Positions 28,974 to 32,000 of a stretch of DNA of 32,000 nt are shown here, in pieces. Location of the stretch: positions 1,339,460-1,371,459 of the forward strand of contig NC_000909.1 of assembly GCF_000091665.1 (NCBI RefSeq), written 5' to 3'. The DNA comes from Methanocaldococcus jannaschii DSM 2661. Its GTDB lineage: Archaea > AGJL01 > Methanococci > Methanococcales > Methanocaldococcaceae. A program made the position numbers and the translations under genes. How positions within the stretch are numbered: the first letter of the stretch is position 1; each line of letters begins with the position of its first letter. The notes under the pieces were generated by a model. That model did no database searches. It was not told the origin of the DNA and was given only the letters and a program-made list of their open reading frames with translations.

Positions 28974-29333
28974 GGTATTATTGAAGGCATAGCAATCGTT
29001 TCTAAAAAACCATTCTCTTTTTTAGGAGGAGTTGATGAAGAGGGCAACATTATAGATAAAGATAGCGATTTATATGGACAATCATTGAAAGGAAAAATCT
29101 TTGTATTTCCTTATGGTAGGGGGAGTACTGTTGGCTCCTATGTTATTTATGGTTTAGCAAAGAGAGGGATTTTAAAGGGTATAGTTAATAAAGAATGTGA
29201 GCCAATAGTTGCCACTGGGGCTATTTTAGGAGGAATTCCTTTAGTTGATAAAATAGATATTGAGGAGATAAAAACTGGAGATAGGATTGTTGTTGATGGA
29301 AATACAGGAGTGGTGAAAATTTTAAATAAATGA
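28944..29333 (+). CDS. DUF126 family protein, small subunit of aconitase X-type / phosphomevalonate dehydratase
   Basis: 129 aa; GRGSTVGSYVIYGLAKRG, ECEPIVATGAILGGIPLVD, GDRIVVDGNTGVV. Confidence 0.85.
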   Translation: MELKGRSISKGIIEGIAIVSKKPFSFLGGVDEEGNIIDKDSDLYGQSLKGKIFVFPYGRGSTVGSYVIYGLAKRGILKGIVNKECEPIVATGAILGGIPLVDKIDIEEIKTGDRIVVDGNTGVVKILNK

Positions 29334-29417
29334 AAATAAAAATCATTCTTTTATTAGAAGATTTATTTTAATTTTATTTTATCGATAAATCTATTAAAAA
29401 CTTTTTTGGTGATAATT

Positions 29418-30470
29418 ATGAGTAGAGAAGCTAATCCATTCAAAAAAATGCCAACAATATTGATGCCTGATGAATTGATGGCTAAAGCCTTAAGAAGAGG
29501 AGAAAAAGTAGCAAATGAGATGAGACAGAAAGAATTACCTTGGTTACTAAAAGCGAGGTTTGTGGAGGAGCATAAGGTAAGAACTATTGCTTCAGTTGTT
29601 GCAGATAACTTACAAAAGGTTATAGATAAAACGCCTCCAGTAAGAAAACTTCCTAAGTTTTATCAGGAGATGGTTGAGGTCTTGGTAGGGATAGATGATT
29701 TTAAAAAGTCGATGGGAGCATTTAAATGGGCTTCTGAATTGGTCAGAAAATTAGGAAATGAATATGCAAGAAAAATTAGAAAGGCAAGAACTCCACAACA
29801 GGCAGGAAAGTTAAGAAAGGAATTTGTTGGTAGAGTTAAATCTATATTGGAGCAGATTCATCCAGAGATGGCATTTGTTGCAGTGGCAAGAGAGAAATTA
29901 AAAGATTTACCAACATTTAAGGATTTGCCAACAGTAGTTATAGCTGGTTATCCAAACGTTGGTAAATCAACACTATTGAAAAAACTCACTGGAGCTGATG
30001 TTGAAATAAACAGCTATCCCTTCACAACTAAGGGAATAAATGTTGGTTATATAGGAGAGATTCAGATGGTCGATACTCCTGGACTGTTGGATAGGCCTCT
30101 GTATGAGAGGAATGATATTGAGTTACAGGCAATTTTAGCTCTAAATTATTTAGCTAATTTGATTTTATTTATAATAGATGCCAGTGAATTTTGTGGTTAT
30201 ACAATAGAAGAGCAAATAAATCTATTAAAAGAGATAAAAGATTTGTTTAAAGCTCCTATTGTTGTGGCTATAAATAAAATTGATTTGGTAGATGAGGAGA
30301 GAGTTAAAGAGATTGAAGAAAAATTAAAAGAGGTTGGAATAGAAGAAATATTAAAAATCTCTGCTGATAAAGATATTGGATTGGATGAGTTAAAAGAAAG
30401 GCTTAAAAAAATTGCTATAAAAGAATTTTTAAAGGATAAAGATGCGGAAAATAAAGAATTGGAATGTTAA
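29418..30470 (+). CDS. NOG1/OBG-family GTP-binding protein
   Basis: GYPNVGKSTLLKKLTGA, DTPGLLDRPLYERNDIE, NKIDLVD motifs and NOG1-like N-terminal helical domain; ATG 29418 after ggtgat. Confidence 0.9.
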   Translation: MSREANPFKKMPTILMPDELMAKALRRGEKVANEMRQKELPWLLKARFVEEHKVRTIASVVADNLQKVIDKTPPVRKLPKFYQEMVEVLVGIDDFKKSMGAFKWASELVRKLGNEYARKIRKARTPQQAGKLRKEFVGRVKSILEQIHPEMAFVAVAREKLKDLPTFKDLPTVVIAGYPNVGKSTLLKKLTGADVEINSYPFTTKGINVGYIGEIQMVDTPGLLDRPLYERNDIELQAILALNYLANLILFIIDASEFCGYTIEEQINLLKEIKDLFKAPIVVAINKIDLVDEERVKEIEEKLKEVGIEEILKISADKDIGLDELKERLKKIAIKEFLKDKDAENKELEC

Positions 30471-30471
30471 A

Positions 30472-31269
30472 TTATTCATTCTCAATTTCATTTATTAAGT
30501 TTAAAGAGTCTATATCTCCATATTTATTGGCAATATCTTTAATTTTTTCAAGAACTTTTGGTTTTTTGTTGGTTAGTTTTTTTAATTCTCTGCAGTATTT
30601 TATTATATCTTTATAACCTACTTCTAAGAATCTGCTTTTGAATCTTGAAAGTTCATAAGCTAAAAGTCCTCTTAAGACATCATCGTTTGAGAATAAAAAG
30701 ACAGGATGAATCCAGATTATTATTCTTTCGTCATCTTTTTCTACAAAATTTTCTATTTTATTCACATCCATAAATACATCAATATAGACAGAAATTTCTT
30801 CTTCAACTTCAACATCTTCCAACAGCTCTTCAAGAATCTCGTTCATCTTTGTGTCAAACTCTATAATTTTTTCATCTAATTCATCATCTTCTAACTCCAT
30901 CCATTTTAATACTCTCTCTTTAAACTCTATGGTTGTATTATTTGATGGGTAGATTATTGAGTATTCATTTGCTTCAAACTTATATTCCTTACTTACCCTT
31001 GAAGATAAGTTAATTATCATTAAACCCTCATCTAAGTTCTTTAAATTTATACTTTTTAATTTGTATTTTCTCATCTCTACATCAAAATCTTTTAAATTTT
31101 CAAAGTCATCTAAGTTTCTAATATATGCCTTCTCTCCGTTTTTTCCTTTTAGATAGAATCCTTTAAATTCAATATCTGCTAAATCTCCTCTAATTATATC
31201 CTTTGAAAATTCATCTAAGTTTCTGTAAATATCTAATAAAATTTTTTGAGCTAATTCTTTTGCTTTCAT
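30472..31269 (-). CDS. Conserved hypothetical protein, acidic
   Basis: ORF 30472..31278; ATG at 31269 is preceded by aggtgg. No family recognised with confidence. Confidence 0.65.
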   Translation of the reverse strand: MKAKELAQKILLDIYRNLDEFSKDIIRGDLADIEFKGFYLKGKNGEKAYIRNLDDFENLKDFDVEMRKYKLKSINLKNLDEGLMIINLSSRVSKEYKFEANEYSIIYPSNNTTIEFKERVLKWMELEDDELDEKIIEFDTKMNEILEELLEDVEVEEEISVYIDVFMDVNKIENFVEKDDERIIIWIHPVFLFSNDDVLRGLLAYELSRFKSRFLEVGYKDIIKYCRELKKLTNKKPKVLEKIKDIANKYGDIDSLNLINEIENE

Positions 31270-31366
31270 TGTTTCCACCTATTAAAAATTCAGATTATAA
31301 TTAATAGTAAAATTTAATTTTGGATAAATATAAATTTTAGTATTATGTAGTTACTCTTGATAATTA

Positions 31367-31846
31367 TTATCCACCCTCTCTCAAATACCATCCCTTATCT
31401 TTTATATTCTTAATTATCTTTCCGTCAAAGAGTCCAATACCTAAAAACTCTCTATTTTTATTAAAAACAGCAATTCTTCCAAAACCTTTAACTTCTATTA
31501 TTGATTCTTTAAAGATATCCCTTCCATATAAAAATAATGCTTCAGCTTTTTCATTTACAATTGCATAATTATTTATTATATTGGGAGATATTAATGTAAA
31601 GCCCTCTAAGGATAAGCGAAATTTTCTCTTAATCTCACCAAATACATTACCTACTGAAAATATGTCTTGAAACATATTTAATTTTTTTATTGTTTCTATA
31701 TTTGTATAACAAACTGTTAGCCATTTTCCTTCCAAAACTATTAGATTTTCATATTTAAAGCTTTTGACAAAATCCTTATCAGTATATTTACTTAACTCTT
31801 CCTCAATTAAATTAATTTCAGCATTTTTTAATTTTCTTACTTTCAT
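31367..31846 (-). CDS. PUA-domain protein
   Basis: C-terminal [46 protein letters not shown] fits an archaeal PUA domain. Confidence 0.75.
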
Positions 31847-32000
31847 AGTTTCACTAAAGGAGAAGTTAATTTCCTTAGCATCTATATGTATTATTTAATA
31901 TATAAATTGTGAAAGCTCTATTAAAAAATAAACTAATATAAATATTTAGATTTACAATATCAACATTTTAATAAAAAGAGATTTCCACTTGTTTTGAACC

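Noticed and set aside
1-32000. CRISPR array, cas genes, toxin-antitoxin or a complete defence island
   Set aside because: No regularly spaced short repeats with unique spacers and no Cas-like, restriction or recognisable TA pair were seen. The PIN-like tail at 18166-18444 is part of a membrane protein, not a typical VapBC pair.

Overview
This is an AT-rich archaeal chromosome segment. Gene content and order closely match the Methanocaldococcus jannaschii MJ1391-MJ1410 neighbourhood; this is recalled from knowledge, and no database search was run. The left edge carries the 5' end of an LL-diaminopimelate aminotransferase gene (- strand) and cimA. About 16 kb then encodes secreted or membrane-anchored surface proteins: 608 aa, about 983 aa, a frameshifted third protein, a 2894-aa protein with two lectin-like domains plus a parallel beta-helix region, and a ~483-aa protein. 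These are followed by a membrane-anchored winged-helix regulator, a UPF0200 kinase-like protein, a class III-signal-peptide pilin, a Ski2-type helicase and two archaeal pilin-like genes. The right part is mostly housekeeping: CBS-domain protein with an HPF-like tail, acylphosphatase-like remnant, pyrI, a DUF126 subunit, a NOG1-like GTPase, a hypothetical protein and a PUA-domain protein. The observations most worth follow-up are: (1) a GC-rich multi-hairpin element at 28766-28918 between imperfect 33-bp direct repeats of the DUF126 gene start; (2) a shared 5' leader with a potentially covarying hairpin in front of both pilin genes; (3) a 499-bp segment, identical by eye, shared by two neighbouring surface-protein genes; (4) a decayed transposase of about 360 bp with imperfect terminal inverted repeats; (5) a common promoter-proximal motif in front of three surface-protein genes; (6) frameshifts in the third surface gene and in the acylphosphatase-like gene. 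The supplied ORF track labels 20475..20678 as '+', but the sequence encodes that protein on the minus strand. No complete new defence or mobile system could be demonstrated.
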